A DNA stretch of 58,375 nucleotides, filler included, from Sphacelaria rigidula (GCA_964200075.2; 8 parts of 8 records of this genome joined end to end with filler, not necessarily neighbours in it); one strand, 5' to 3'; positions 10,458-23,364 are shown, numbered from the whole stretch's first letter. The notes: generated from the sequence alone by a model not told the origin. Numbers and translations: made by a program.

Positions 10458-12735
10458 GTGTGGGTTACGGGATACGGGCGTCGCGACTATCAGCGAGTTA
10501 CAACATCTCGAATCGCTGCGGTAGCTCGTGCGTCCCGAGTGTTTTCTGAAGGCGTCCATTCGGCTCTGACCAACATGCCGTCGTCAGGAGGAGCTTCAGC
10601 GGGAGCGGGGGGCAATGGTCAAGAGAAGGCCACGGCGCCCGCGTCCGCGCCTGCATCCCAGACGAGGTCGTCTTCCACGAGGTCTGCGGCACACAGCGCG
10701 AACATGCACAGCGGCGACCTTGCGTGGGGGTGGCTCGCCCTCCACGGTGGGATGGTGGTAGGATTGCCGCGGGCTACGATCCAACAGATCGGCACTTTGG
10801 ACAACCAGGTGGGCGACATCACCGAAAATATGGGCCGCATTAGCGACCGCGTGGAGACCATCGCCGACGACCTTGAGGGCACCAAGACGAGCGTGGAGGG
10901 TTCGGGGTCCAAGATGCGTTCGGCTACAGACGAGGTTCGTCAGCTGAGAGGAGTGGTCCAACAGTTAGTTGAATCAGGGGCGAGACCCGTAGCATCCCGC
11001 CCCGAGGATAGTAAATTTTCCCACGCGGCGGTCAGGGGTCCTGGCACAGAGAGGGCTAGGCCGCTCACTACCGTCGCTGGCGATGTTTCCCTCCGGTCAC
11101 CGACCCGTCCAGCGGTGGTATGACCAGGTTCGCCAGAGGTACGCGCTGAGCCGCGCGGGGAATCTGCAGAGGCTGGCTGGCTGGGGTTCACGCACCTCCC
11201 ACATCGGTTCAATGGCAACACAACCCGCGCCCCCCGCTGCTCGACGGGACAACGCCGATCTGCAGACCGCAAACCTTGCCGGTTCGGGATCCGTGGGTGG
11301 AGGCGGGGTCGACCAACGTGCAGCTGTGGGGTGCGCAGCAGCCAGCGGCAAACCAGGCTGCAGCTTGGGCTGAGGTGGAGTAACGGCGAAAATACGAGGT
11401 GCACGGTCGTGTGCAGCTTTGGCAGGACGCCGTGTTACATAAGTGGTGGCCCCTCACCAGCCAACCGCCAGCACGGTCATTTAGTCCACCTGACTTGTAG
11501 GGGGTCTCGGTGCCATGATACAGGTCTCTTCAGAGTTGGCGAGCATGTTCCGCACTCTCTCCTTACTCAACGTTGCAGCAATCATGCCGCGCGGTGCTGC
11601 GGGTCCTTATTCGAGCGACAAGATATCCCCGCGGGACCGTTCGGGTCTGATGGGTGAAGCCTTCGGGCGCTTGCTGGGTGTCGGCCTGGGAGCGCCGTCC
11701 GGTGCAGAAGATGCGATGTGTGCCGGCCGGGCGGAGGCGCTTACGGCGGCCTTTGCGAAGATGACCTCGGAGTTTCGGTCGTACACCAACGCCCACTACG
11801 ATATGATGACACAGCGTGCGTGTACCGATACCACGACCCTCATCATCAGCTCTCTGTCCTCGGCAAGTGGTCTGATGCCTTGGCACAGTGGTCACAGCAG
11901 TTGTTCGCGAACAATCGTTCTCCGCCACCGTCGACCGGCGTTCCCCCTTCTCCGCCTGTTCCCGCCTTTCCTCAGCTACGCTCATTCATCGAGACCAGGG
12001 GCAACGCTATGCGAATGGTGAGATCGAGGTACGTTCACACGTCGGAAGGGAGGGGAAGGGGAAGCGCCACCGCTGGGGGTGGTGCGGGGAGTGGATCGGG
12101 CTCCGGCAACCGGGGTGCAGGGAATTGGGGCACTGCAGCCGGAGGCGGCGGGTACTCGGCGGCCAAGCGAGTGCGGCGGAGTCAGCCGTGCTTCGTTTTT
12201 CTTGACTACGGCCACTGTCGGTGGAGGGACAGATGTCGGTTCAGCCACGACGTGCCACAATCGGGAGGGGATGGTAACTCGAGCGCCGCCACCGGTAACA
12301 GCGGTAGTGGTGCCGGTCGATCCAGTGGGACCCGCACCTCCGACACCGGGGTCCCTGCTCGCGGTACAAGCGGCAGCGGTCGGTCCCAGACCACGAAGGG
12401 GTCGGGACCGCAATTTCGGATGGCGGAAGGTAGCAATGACGACGGGGGAGCTTCTAGTGGGGACGGGGTGTAATGCGTGGGAGGACCGCGTGCCTAGAGG
12501 ACCGAATCGGTATTCTGAACACCCCTATGGTTGGGGTTAGGGCTAGGGTTAGTGTTGGGGTGAGGGTCAGGGGCGTGGTCCCTGCAGGGACCGATCTCGT
12601 TGGTTTGAAAAAACGTCGATCCTGGCATGTTTCGAACTACGGCGCGGTCCCCTAAGCACGCGATCTTCTCGCGCATTACACGGGGGTTCACGCGGTTGCA
12701 AAGGTACGGCGGCGCGTGCAGGAAGGTCGGGCTAG
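10458..12735 (+). pseudogene. Frameshifted intronless ORF with a coiled coil and a CCCH zinc finger; probable retroelement ORF1/gag
   Basis: Heptad-like segment IGTLDNQVGDITENMGRISDRVETIADDLEG, motif CFVFLDYGHCRWRDRCRFSH (C-x8-C-x5-C-x3-H), Gly/Ser-rich tails. No RT or recombinase was seen. Confidence 0.45.
12469..12680. mobile_element. 212-bp TGT..ACA MITE with 5-bp TSD containing telomere-like repeats
   Basis: About 36-bp imperfect TIRs, CGGGG duplicated at 12464-12468 and 12681-12685, internal GGGGTTAGGGCTAGGGTTAGTG. Confidence 0.85.
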
Positions 12736-12953
12736 GGGGACGGGCTTCGCCTTGAGGCGGGGCCAACCCAGGATAGGAGCGTCGGAATGCGCGCATGCCA
12801 GAGTAGGATGGGGTTGGGGGACTTGGCACGCTGCGCTCTGGTACGGCAGCAAGGTGGATGCGATGGTGATATGCTGGTACCTTTGGGACTTGTTTCGGTT
12901 TTGGATGTTCAAAGTCTTGTCGGCGGAGGTGTGAGGGGGGTGGGGGGACTGAT

Positions 12954-12980
12954 GTACTCATGATCTTGCATGCCGTGTTA
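12954..12980 (-). mobile_element. C-tract-associated element, subfamily 2 remnant
   Basis: Reverse complement CACGGCATGCAAGATCATGAGTAC matches 36699-36720 and lies 6 nt from the G tracts at 12935-12947. Confidence 0.6.
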
Positions 12981-14237
12981 AGGCCATGGGCCTCGCATCC
13001 CTGCGAAGTCGTGACGGATCACGCTGGGTTTTCGCCGGACCAGTGATCGGGGTGGGTGTAATGGCATGCGCTGTGTCAAATGGTTTTCGCGTGCTTGCCT
13101 CGCCAGCCCTTCCTCGGGCTGGTGTGCCTGTTTCTCTTTCTGCTTTTTTTGGGGGGGTCTTGATTGGCCCTCACTGAAATTCTCTGGCGCTGAGGTTCCG
13201 GTAGAGTCCGGGTATTACTGGTGTTTTCTGCTGTAATGAAATCAAGCAAGTCGCGTACAAAAGTGCACCCTGACTAGCAACCGCAGTTCGATATAACCGT
13301 ACACGAGTGTATTGGCAAACTTAGCTTTTGGTTGGTTGGTTTATTTCGTTTTTTGTGTGTTTCATTTTGTTCCTTTTTTTCCCTTGTGTGTTCTTCTTGT
13401 TCTTGTTTTCTTCATATTTTTTGTTTCCTTCTTTTGATGTTACTGATGGACGAATCCGGGATCGGTGGGGATGAAGCCGGCTCAGGGGGTACAAAAAGCG
13501 TCAAGGATAAGGAGCAAGACGCGTTCGAGGCGTACCGAAGAAATAAAAGTTACTCCTTCCGAAGATTTCAGACAACAAGAGGGGAACAGAAAAAAAAAGG
13601 CGGATGCAATCGATCACCATGGGGATCACTCTTGTATGCTCCGTCGGTTGATTGTTGCTTGACAAGATGTGGTTATTATTCTGCTTCTCTGCCTCTTCAG
13701 TTGCGTGTCCGTGTGTATGTGCGCACATGTGCGTGTGATCCATGTATGTATGTATCCATATCATACATGTGTGCATGTGCACTGAGGTCGTACGGTGAAT
13801 CAATCACACCTTCTACGAGTTTTGTACAACGGACGGTATGGCATTCTTTTTTGTATTTTGTGTGCGTGTGCTTTTTTGTTTCTGTGATTTTTTCAATCAT
13901 CGCCTTGATAATGATAACATTGGACATTGACCCAAGTGTTGGTGTCGTGGGGTTTTGTTTCGTTTTTTTCGCTCAGGTGATAACCCCACAGCCGCCAAGG
14001 TGGACAGATGGGCAGGACTTGGTAGATAGGTATGTTTACATCAGTTCGAATTAATATCATTTCGGCGAGAAGGATCACTATTCATAGTCAGGTAGGTGTC
14101 CATCAGCTACGGGTGCTCCAAGGAAGGATTGACTTGAAAGTATTTCCAAAACAAAAAACGTCTCAGGGCCGTTTTTTTTTTCATCCAACGAACAACTGCT
14201 TCAGGCTTTCTGCCCTCCCACCCCTCGTCCCTCCTTC

Positions 14238-14299
14238 CTGTCTCGAAAGGGATGCGCGGTCAACGGCCGAACGACAAAGGCAAGCAACAAATGAGTACG
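14238..14299 (+). mobile_element. C-tract-associated short element, copy 3
   Basis: Core motif between C-rich 14213-14237 and the C tract at 14300-14310. Confidence 0.75.
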
Positions 14300-15149
14300 C
14301 CCCCCCTCCCGGGACGTGAACAAAGGTGGCATGAAATCGTTTGGACACTTTCTACGATAGCCCCCCCCCAAAAGTGCATGGTTTTGGGGGGCAAAATCTT
14401 CACAAAAATCGAAATGGGAAAACCCGAGCACAACGAGAAGCAGGAAATTCCCCCGCTCGGGTTCGTTCTAGCTAATGTCGCCAATATAAGTCGCTTCATG
14501 CAGCCTGAACCCGAACATCANNNNNNNNNNNNNNNNNNNNNNNNNNNNNNNNNNNNNNNNNNNNTTAATTAATTAANNNNNNNNNNNNNNNNNNNNNNNN
14601 NNNNNNNNNNNNNNNNNNNNATCAGGGTGCAACCTCTGCACACTACTGTTCGCTGAACAGTAGTTGGCCTGTCGTGCACAGTGCCTACTACCACGAATTA
14701 TTCCAACAACATACACAAAATCTGGATATGGCGTCTTGGGTTTTGAGAGTTATGCTATGAAAAATCTTATGGATGGAGAACCGGTAGTTCGTAATAAAGG
14801 ATCAAAATAAGCTCTTATTTTGCTACTTTACCCTTTTTTTCTTTTTTTCTTCTCCTAGGCCGTTTTTCAGGAGACGTGCAAATTGATCTTCGACCTCATC
14901 TTCGGTTTTCACTTCGTTATTAAAAATTTCGATTTGAAATGTAGCATAGAGAACCACAGAGGTATGCTGAATGAAATATAACAGAAATTGGCCTTCGAAT
15001 TTGTGTTTCAGAGGTTCGGGCGCTGTAGTTGCAAGGTGGTCTTCACCAACTCAAACACTCTGAAATAGTGAGAATAAGAAATAATACCAAACGCACCCAT
15101 GTTCTTGAGTTTATCAAACCCTAGCGAGGTCCCACACCATATTTCCATA

Positions 15150-15259
15150 CACAGGTGGCCACTGGAGTGCCTGCTACCTCAGATTTTGACGTTGCAGACC
15201 TTGCGCAGCGTCTGTAACGTCCAAACTTGAGGTTGCAGGCACTCCAGTGGCCACCCGTG
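15150..15259. mobile_element. 110-bp hairpin element flanked by TA (Tc1/mariner-type MITE candidate)
   Basis: CACAGGTGGCCACTGGAGTGCCTGC and GCAGGCACTCCAGTGGCCACCCGTG arms, with TA on both sides. Confidence 0.65.
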
Positions 15260-15976
15260 TACATAAGCACACAACGTGGGGTGGTAGATGCCCTGAAAAA
15301 TACGGTTTCGAATTGCCACAGACCCGGTACCTAAACGGCCCATGCTCACCCCCACTTTTACGGTTGGCCCCTGGAGGAGCTTCGTATGCACAGTGAATAG
15401 GACATGCATGAAAAAAGCAAAGCCAGACCCAAAGATTTGGTTTACATTTTCATGAGTTACAGGCCATAGTAATTTCTCGGGTCTCATAAAAAAACCCTCA
15501 ATTCATGAATATATATATATATATATGTGTGTATCTTTGGGTCTAGCGTTCATTCGTTTTGTTTTTATGTCCTATTTATTGTGCATGCGAAGTTCCTGCG
15601 GCCAACTCAAAATATTTAGGTGAGGATTGGCCTCTAACCTACAAACCCGCTTTTAGGCTCGCCCAGCTCGTGAGACCATTGGCATCGCATCCCTACAAAG
15701 CCGGGAAGGAGCACGCCGGGTTTTCGCCGGGGGCGGGGGGATGAGGCGCGGGGGGGAGGGGGGGTGACACATGGCGGTATTGGGGTACACATCGACGTGC
15801 GAATAGTCCGTTTTAGAATCGTGTGATATGATGTGACTGCAGGACGTAGCCATGATCTTTGGCAAACGTGACGTTGAATGATGGACATTTTCATGCTCAA
15901 TTAGCGGAGAATTCGCTGCCCCTTGAGGTTGACGTTCTAGGGAGAGCATGTATTTGAATTCGAAAAAAGATAGTGA

Positions 15977-16120
15977 CCCTACCATGGCATGAATTGACAA
16001 GCACGCCTTTTGGGATTGTATGGTATGACCTTAGCTATGTTGATTTAGCCCTACCATGGCATGAATTGACAAGCACGCCTTTTGGGATTGTAGGGTATGA
16101 CCTTAGCTATGTTGATTTAG
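15977..16120. repeat. 72-bp tandem duplication (1 mismatch)
   Basis: 15977-16048 versus 16049-16120. Confidence 0.95.
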
Positions 16121-17299
16121 GGGGCGGCGGAGCGCGTTCAAAATAGCAGCCCCTACGATCACTCTCTCTTCTCATATCGGTGTTTGGCTGCGATTCATCA
16201 GTTTCCCCATTGGAATATCTACAAACCGCGAGAAAGTGAGTCCCAGAGATAAGAGCAGTAGTCGGGCTGCTGTTTTGTCTGGTGTGTTTTTTTTATTAAA
16301 GCTTAGGCCGGTTTCGGTTTGTGTTGTCTTGATGTTCTATAACTGAGCTGTAGATGAAGCTCGGATACAATCAATTGTGTGAAACAAAAACGATTATACT
16401 CTTGTCTGTAATTGCTTGTTGTCTTCTTGTGTGGAAGCAACACGAGAGCGACTGTGGTCAGCCTGCGCTGCTGAGCTGAGTAAACAACGTACGCAGAGGT
16501 CTGAACCTGGAACAATCTTGGTGAATACCATTACAACCTCCCCAAGGTGCTTTTGCTTCTCTCACATCACAGTTGGAGCTCCCGCACTGCCCCTGCTGTA
16601 CTTTGCTTTTAGGTGCGTTGTGTTCAGACTGCCGAGCTGCCGTGTACACTACACCACCACTGTGTGCCTTGCATGCGCGTCTCTTTTGTTTGTTCATCGT
16701 CTAGCCGTCTGTAGTTGTTGCTCTGTCCTCTATCCCTGGCAAGATGAGTTCAAGGGCCTCTGATACACTACACGCTCGCACCCTGCGCCGACTCCGACGC
16801 GAACGTACGCGAGCAATCGCACTTGTCCCCCCACCATCCTCACCTTCTCGTCCCAGCTGCCTATCTGTGGCAACCTCCCCAGTAATGATACCTATCTTCT
16901 CCGTAGCGGATGCGAGTCACCAGATAAAGTCCAATTCATATCGTGACTCTCTTGCCCCATTCCATTTTTTCCCACTTAGCTGCCCGTACATGATCAGCTA
17001 CCAACTCTTTTCTACCACCACCGGCACTGTATCAGCGTGCCTCCTTTCGCTACACCCACCCCGCCGCATGTACCGTCGGCCTTTTATTTTTCAGTAGCTA
17101 ATGTTGACCGTCTCTTGCTGTCTCAAAATATGCTCACCGTGCCACACATTTATTTTGTGCCCAACCTGGGTGTTGACTGTACATCATCCGACCCCACCCT
17201 GTACCATGTATGTGAACCAAACATCCGTGATAACACTACAGTACCACCCTCTTCCCAAGGTCCTGTGTGTGTGAGTTCCATATAGTCTCGGCGGGCGAT

Positions 17300-20200
17300 A
17301 TGTTGCGGACGGCGAGGTACCGTGGTGTGCATACGTGTGTTACTGCTGCACTATCTGAACGAAATCATCTATATTGCATTGCAGGTATGAACACGGCGCG
17401 GATATAGCAGATGTCGGGTGTTCTTCGTGTAACACGAACGAATAGACGTCGGTACAGGACCACTGACCCGACCCGCTGCTACCCCACGCAAAGATCATAT
17501 GTACTGAAGTGTACCACCGTGCATTTTGCTGTCTGGGCTTTGTACGCTGCTGTTGTGCTCCACTACATACGAGTATTACGATTGCGGTTGTATATTTTTT
17601 CACTGTTTGCCTGCACGATAATGCGTCATCGACCCCCGACTCGGCGATTGCCCGCGAACTACGCGGCACTGTACTGAAATTCGCCAGCAGCGCTGGTATT
17701 GCCTCTAGACACACGGTATCCGGTAGTTATATTTGTTTTCTCAGCCTTCACGTGTTCTCAAAGTAGCGCTGAGCGGTTTCACGTTGCTGTTCGCTGCCTC
17801 CGACACGTCTATTCCTTCGTGGAATGCCGGTTTGTCAATGTGCTATTGCGCTAGTGACAGACACTGTATGTCTGTTGACTGTGACACCCTTCGTTTTCTT
17901 GTCTCTTTCTGCTACAAGCTATTCCAACACACACACATAGGTTTGTTATGTGCCTTCGATATATATATATATATATGTATCTTTCCCTTTTGTCTGCACC
18001 TAATTAAAAAGATGATAGACCGCTCCATGTGCGTAGTGCGCGGACCTACATTTCGATCGAAACCTGTCGGCAGTACCCGGCCACTTTGTTTCTTTTATTT
18101 TCGTTCCCTCCGCTTCAGTCCTCAACAACTGTGCTGTCTCCCACGACGAAGCGTAACACTTCTACTTCAAATCCCATTGTCGACCACAGGTCCACAGTCG
18201 GGCCCCAACAACCTTCAACAACAAACCCGCGGCAACATATTTTCTTTCACTCAGCCAGTGCACCTTTAACACTTGACAAAATCCTCGTCGGCCAGCGTGC
18301 GTTCTCGCTTGTGGTGTGGGTACGCTAGCGATGACCGTTGTGTCCTGACGGGTTCCATGACAGCACAGTCCTGTGCAACATTGCATGACTCCCAAATGCG
18401 CAATGACCAACCCTTGCGTTTTCATACTGGATCTGATCACCCAGTTGTATTTCCGAGTGGTAGTAATCAATGCCAGTTGGATCCGATCGCCTCGCGGAAT
18501 CGGCAGTCGTGTAGCGTAGCGCCTACCGCCTTAGAAGCAGGAACATCTTCTGATACGGTAGCTGTTACCCCTACGACAGTTCATCGTAGGATGCGACGTT
18601 TACAGAGACTCCCCAGCCCCGAGAAGGACTCAGGAGTCCAGTCGAACCCGGTAACACACGCGTGCGAAATTCCGCGTGTGCCCGGTCCCCTTTTATTTGG
18701 TGAGCGTATTTGTTCGTGCACTACGCGCGCCAGTGCCGAACCCTTGCTTTCCGTAGCTCAGCGCGTTGGGAAGGAACCCCAAGCGCCAGTGCCGACCAAG
18801 CGCCACGCGTGTAGCCACGAACGGACTGACCTTCCCAACTTCCCAAAATCTCCTGGAACAGCCGGCTCTAGAGTGCGCTATATGCGACACCGGGAGAAGG
18901 CTTTTTCGGATGAAACTGTGAATAAACCTGTAGTTGCCGCTGCATCTGCCCACCAAGAAGGTGCCCGGGTTACGGGCACAGCGGATGAAGACCTTGTCGT
19001 AGAACAAGTCGGTGTTTTCCAGATCCCGAACAGATCAGCACCCCTTCCTGCCGACCCCTCGGAATCTATGTTGAAGAATAAAGTAGCGTTGACAACTGTT
19101 GGGACAGTGAAACCACCACGCCCTGCATGTATGTCTCATGGTCCCGGACAAACCCCGGCTTTGCCGTCCAAATTGCAGTCCGATCAGGACTGTTTCTCCC
19201 CTGCTTCTCATAACTCCAAACGAATATCACAAACATCCACATCCACTTCCTTTCCTAGGCGTCATCCATCTCTGACTGTGTACGAAATCCAACATTCGTC
19301 TACTCCACCACTCGCCATGCAAACCCCTCGTGCCACGACGGCCCTTCGGAAAACACATTCGCTCCGGAGGATCAATCTCGAGTCTATTTTAGTACCATTG
19401 CCCAGCAACACAGGAACGATGTGGCTGCAGTTCACTTGTCGGAATACGGATCCGACTTGGTAAGTGGAACTGCACTCATGGATGACGCCTCCTTCACAAC
19501 CCGAATAGGTATGCATAGTGGAGTGCATGCAACACGCTCTTTGATGGCCGTTGCCCTGCCCGACACTGGCTCGCCACAAACTTTCATCACATCCAGGTGC
19601 TGGCAACACATGATGAACGCTGGAGCAGCAAATAAACATTGCCTTTCTACTGTTCCGCCTCGTGTTTGCGGCGGGTTTGGTGCCTCCACTCCCCTTTGGG
19701 TTGATCAATCAGCATGACCCAGTGTGCAATTGTTCGATGACACGGGTCCCACTGCACGATTAGCTGTGTGGGCACTCATTGTGCCCGATGGTTCCATGTC
19801 GGTTGATGTTCTCTTGGGACGTAATAGCTGGCTGCGTTTTTCCACACATACATACACGACCAACTCACCTGCTTCGAACCGACCACTGACAGGTAGATTT
19901 AAATTGAGACATCACGACGCGGACCCAGGGGCTCAGGCCTATGTCGATGACCCAACACAAACAGGTGATGCTTTTCGACTGTATTATGTTGGAAACCACG
20001 TCGTCTCTCTGTCCCGTGAACCTCAACACATTCATGTGAATCTTGTGAGACGGAACGGATCCCCCGCCCTCACTGGACAGTACTTGGTCGACTTAACCAA
20101 TCCCAACCAAACCCCAGACGGTATTCCCCCCTTTGATCAGACCGATGTATTTGTCCATGAGGGTCGGCAATTCATACCCCTCACGTTCTTTGCATGTCTC

Positions 20201-21830
20201 GATGTCCTCCCTGGTCAGTTGTTGGGTTTTGCTCAAGCGCCCCTCCTACGGGCAGCCTTGTCGAATGTATGTCTGAAGGTGCCACCGCAAACATCATGAG
20301 ACAGCTCGGAGACAAACGGTTCCACTTCGTTCGACAAGACTGACCCCATGGTTGTAGACGAATCGACTGATGCGCCTGACACAAACCCTCCGACTGACTT
20401 ACTTGATACATTATCGCCAGAGCAACGTGTTAGGTTTCAACGATTATGGGATGAAATTCCCCCTCATTTGAGACATATTGCGTTTGATTTTTCTGGTGAG
20501 AGTTGGACACCCACGGTGATTGATCGGTTGCGCTCCATCTTGATACGATACTCTGAACGGTTTTCCAAATCGTCAACAGATTTAGGCCGCTGCAGCACTA
20601 TACCGTTCAAAATCAACATTCCTGATGGTACGACAACTGTCGCTATGCGTCCGTACCGTACAAACCCTCTTCTAGCGGGTAAAATTCGAGTAATTCTAGA
20701 CGAATACTTGTCCGCCGGGTTAATACGGCACTCAACGTCTTCGTGGGCCTCGCCTTTGGTAAGCGTCCGAAAGAAGAATGGTAAGATCCGACTGACCGTC
20801 AATTATCAACGATTGAACGCTGTCACCAAAATCGCACGTCTACCTCTTCCCCGGATAGATAAAATCATCGACTCCCTCGGCGGGGGCAAAGCTTTTTCGA
20901 ACTTCGACATGCAGTCCGGTTACCACCAACTGGTGATGGATCCGCACTCTATCGAGCTGACGGCGTTTTGCACCCAGTCAGGTCTATATGAGTGGCTGGT
21001 CACTCCACAAGGTGCCGCCGGCGCCCAAGGAGCGTTTCAACGTGTGATGTTTCGCGTCATTGATGGACTGTCACAATGCCGCATGTACCTCGACGATGCG
21101 GTGGTTCACGGCAGTACACATGCTGAGCACGTCAAACATTTGGCGTCCTTCTTTGCTCGTTTTGAACAACACAATGAAGCTCGCCCCATCTAAATTCCGC
21201 ATTGGAGCCACGCGCATCGAGTTCCTAGGCCATTGTATCAGCCCTGCCAGTCGTAGCCCCAACCTCGACAAAGTTGCCGCACTTGGAGAGATGCCCATGC
21301 CGCGTGATGTCTCTCAACTGCGCTCTTTACTCGGTGGTTTGAGTTACTACCGCCAATATCTGCCAAATTTAGCCCAAGCTCTAAAGCCCCTCACCACCCT
21401 CCTAAAGAAAGGGGTAAAATTCGTGTTCACGTCGACAATGGAAAACATTGTACAAGAGCAGCTCGACACATTGTCGAAGCCGCCAATTCTGGTTTTTCCC
21501 GACTGGTCAGCTGCTGAAAATGGCTCCTGTCCGTTCCGACTGCACACGACTTCTTCAAGCATTGGGTTTGGCTGCACACTGGAACAGGAACAAGACGATG
21601 CTAGTGGTCGCCCCATTGTATATCTGAGCCAAACCACCTACCCAAACGAACAGAACTGGTCCGTCATGGAACAAGAAGCCGGTGCAATTGTTTGGGGAGT
21701 GCGGCGACTCCGACAATATTTGTATGACCTTCCGTTTGTGATTTATACCGACCATAAGTCTTTGGAAAACCTCGCCAAAATGGCGGAACACAACGCCCGG
21801 GTTCAACGCTGGTTTGAAATCCTGTCTTCC
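17300..21830 (+). mobile_element. Degenerate Ty3/Gypsy retrotransposon, family 1 (cut by the contig end; 5' boundary uncertain)
   Basis: Protease LPDTGS (about 19555), RT RPYR..SSWASP..VNYQRLN..FDMQSGYHQ..PQG..YLDD, RNase H EQEAGAIVWG..YTDHKSL, in PR-RT-RH order. Confidence 0.9.
20348..21830 (+). pseudogene. pol: Gypsy pol: reverse transcriptase and RNase H (frameshift near 21175)
   Basis: ORFs 20348-21193 and 21060-21830 carry the RT and RNase H motifs. Confidence 0.9.
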
Positions 21831-22935
21831 NNNNNNNNNNNNNNNNNNNNNNNNNNNNNNNNNNNNNNNNNNNNTTAATTAATTAANNNNNNNNNNNNNN
21901 NNNNNNNNNNNNNNNNNNNNNNNNNNNNNNTCGATGGAACATTACTCTCGTGGCTCTCAGTCCGGTTTTGGCCCCAAAAGTGCAGACCCTATCGCAGCAT
22001 CACTCACAACACAATTCTGCAGTGTATTTCAGAACCTGAACACGGACTGTATACAGTATGCATTAGCTAGTATGCATCAGCTTTAGAACCTGAACACGGA
22101 CTGTATGCAGTATACATCAGCTTCACTTGTTGCAAAATTAATAGTGTCCAGCTGCTGCTGCTGTACTACTACCGAAGCACACGCCCTCGAGGTGCCACCC
22201 CACGTTTACCGTCATTGCGAACATGACAAGACAAGAACACGAACCGCAGCGGTCGTGGCCGCCACACATCAGCGTTACTGCAGTGAAACGTGTGCCTGAA
22301 CCGACGCCATCACACTTTTGGCGTTTTTCGTTGGCGAAAACTTGGGCATCTTATTTCATGGCAGGGTCCACCGGCTGAGCTGCGTGTTGGGGTGGGCGGT
22401 CGAATTGCATACGCGCTCGTGCACAGTAGAGACAAAATTTTCGAAAAACTGCTCAAAACGTTACCCCATTATATGGAGTACAGAGTACTACACTGAATAC
22501 AACACAGCAGTACTTTTTTCAAAATATGCAGTCGAACAAACAAGGCGCTTCCCACACCCATCATTTTTATGCTGTAGTTGTCGCTGTGCTGTTGTGCATT
22601 TGAACACTCCACGACGAACATGGTGCGATGTGCGCTGGAGAGTGCCTGAACAGTTGTAGTGCTGCATGCGGTGTTCCGATAAGCACAGAAGTGGGTTGAG
22701 ATCAAAGTGCTGTACACTGGCTACTGTCTGTAGACAAGGATGAAACGATGAAACGATCACGTGACGACTGTGCAGCTGTCTGTTACGTCTCCGTCCGTAC
22801 TTTAGCTATAGTCGGGTGCTGGGATCGGGGAAGACACGCAAGGCGGATGCGTGCACGTTGGGGTGAACAAACTGAACCAGCACGAAGCTGCTCTATCCCA
22901 AGCGTGTGATGGCAGGAGCTGTCTGCCTTGATGTC

Positions 22936-23186
22936 TGCAGAGCAGTCCATCTACAGTATCCATGCAACATGCAGATATGCGGCGGATCCTGGATTGATTG
23001 TTTGAAGGATGACTATTGGATGCGTAACATATCGTGTTCGTGAGGAAAGCCCGTGAAGCTTCTTCCGGTTAACGAAGACTGCCGTTTGCATAACTGCTTG
23101 ACGTCTTGAAGTCTCTGGAGCCCGTTACTGGGAATAAGCGTCTGGAGCAGCACTGTAACCTTGTCCTGATGGCAGGCAGGTTCGCA
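22936..23186 (+). repeat. 5' LTR of copy A
   Basis: Direct repeat of 28651-28901 with 19 mismatches by manual count (about 92% identity). TG..CA ends. Confidence 0.9.
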
Positions 23187-23364
23187 ATAAACGTTTATTC
23201 AGGGAACTTGTCGTTTCTGGATTGGGTTTTGGACGTCGCACCCGACTGATTGTAAAAAGTGAGGACGCTCACGTTGAATAGCAGGGGGGGGGAGGAGCGG
23301 CGTAGAGAGAGGCGCAGGCCACACGAATCCAAGGCGACTGCGGTGACAGGAGGCTGTTGGAAGG

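Noticed and set aside
12470-12934. DIRS/Ngaro RT start (NAWED) and recombinase motif (RIGAS)
   Set aside because: NAWED falls inside the MITE TIR, and RIGAS lacks the other recombinase residues.
18273-19463. 396-aa ORF as a host gene
   Set aside because: It lies directly upstream of the Gypsy protease, is Ser/Pro/Thr-rich and has no recognisable domain. It is best treated as the degenerate gag-pol spacer.
23128-23200. Tf1-like self-priming via LTR GAATAAGCGTCT pairing with the post-LTR site
   Set aside because: The match is not conserved in the 3' LTR or in copy B.
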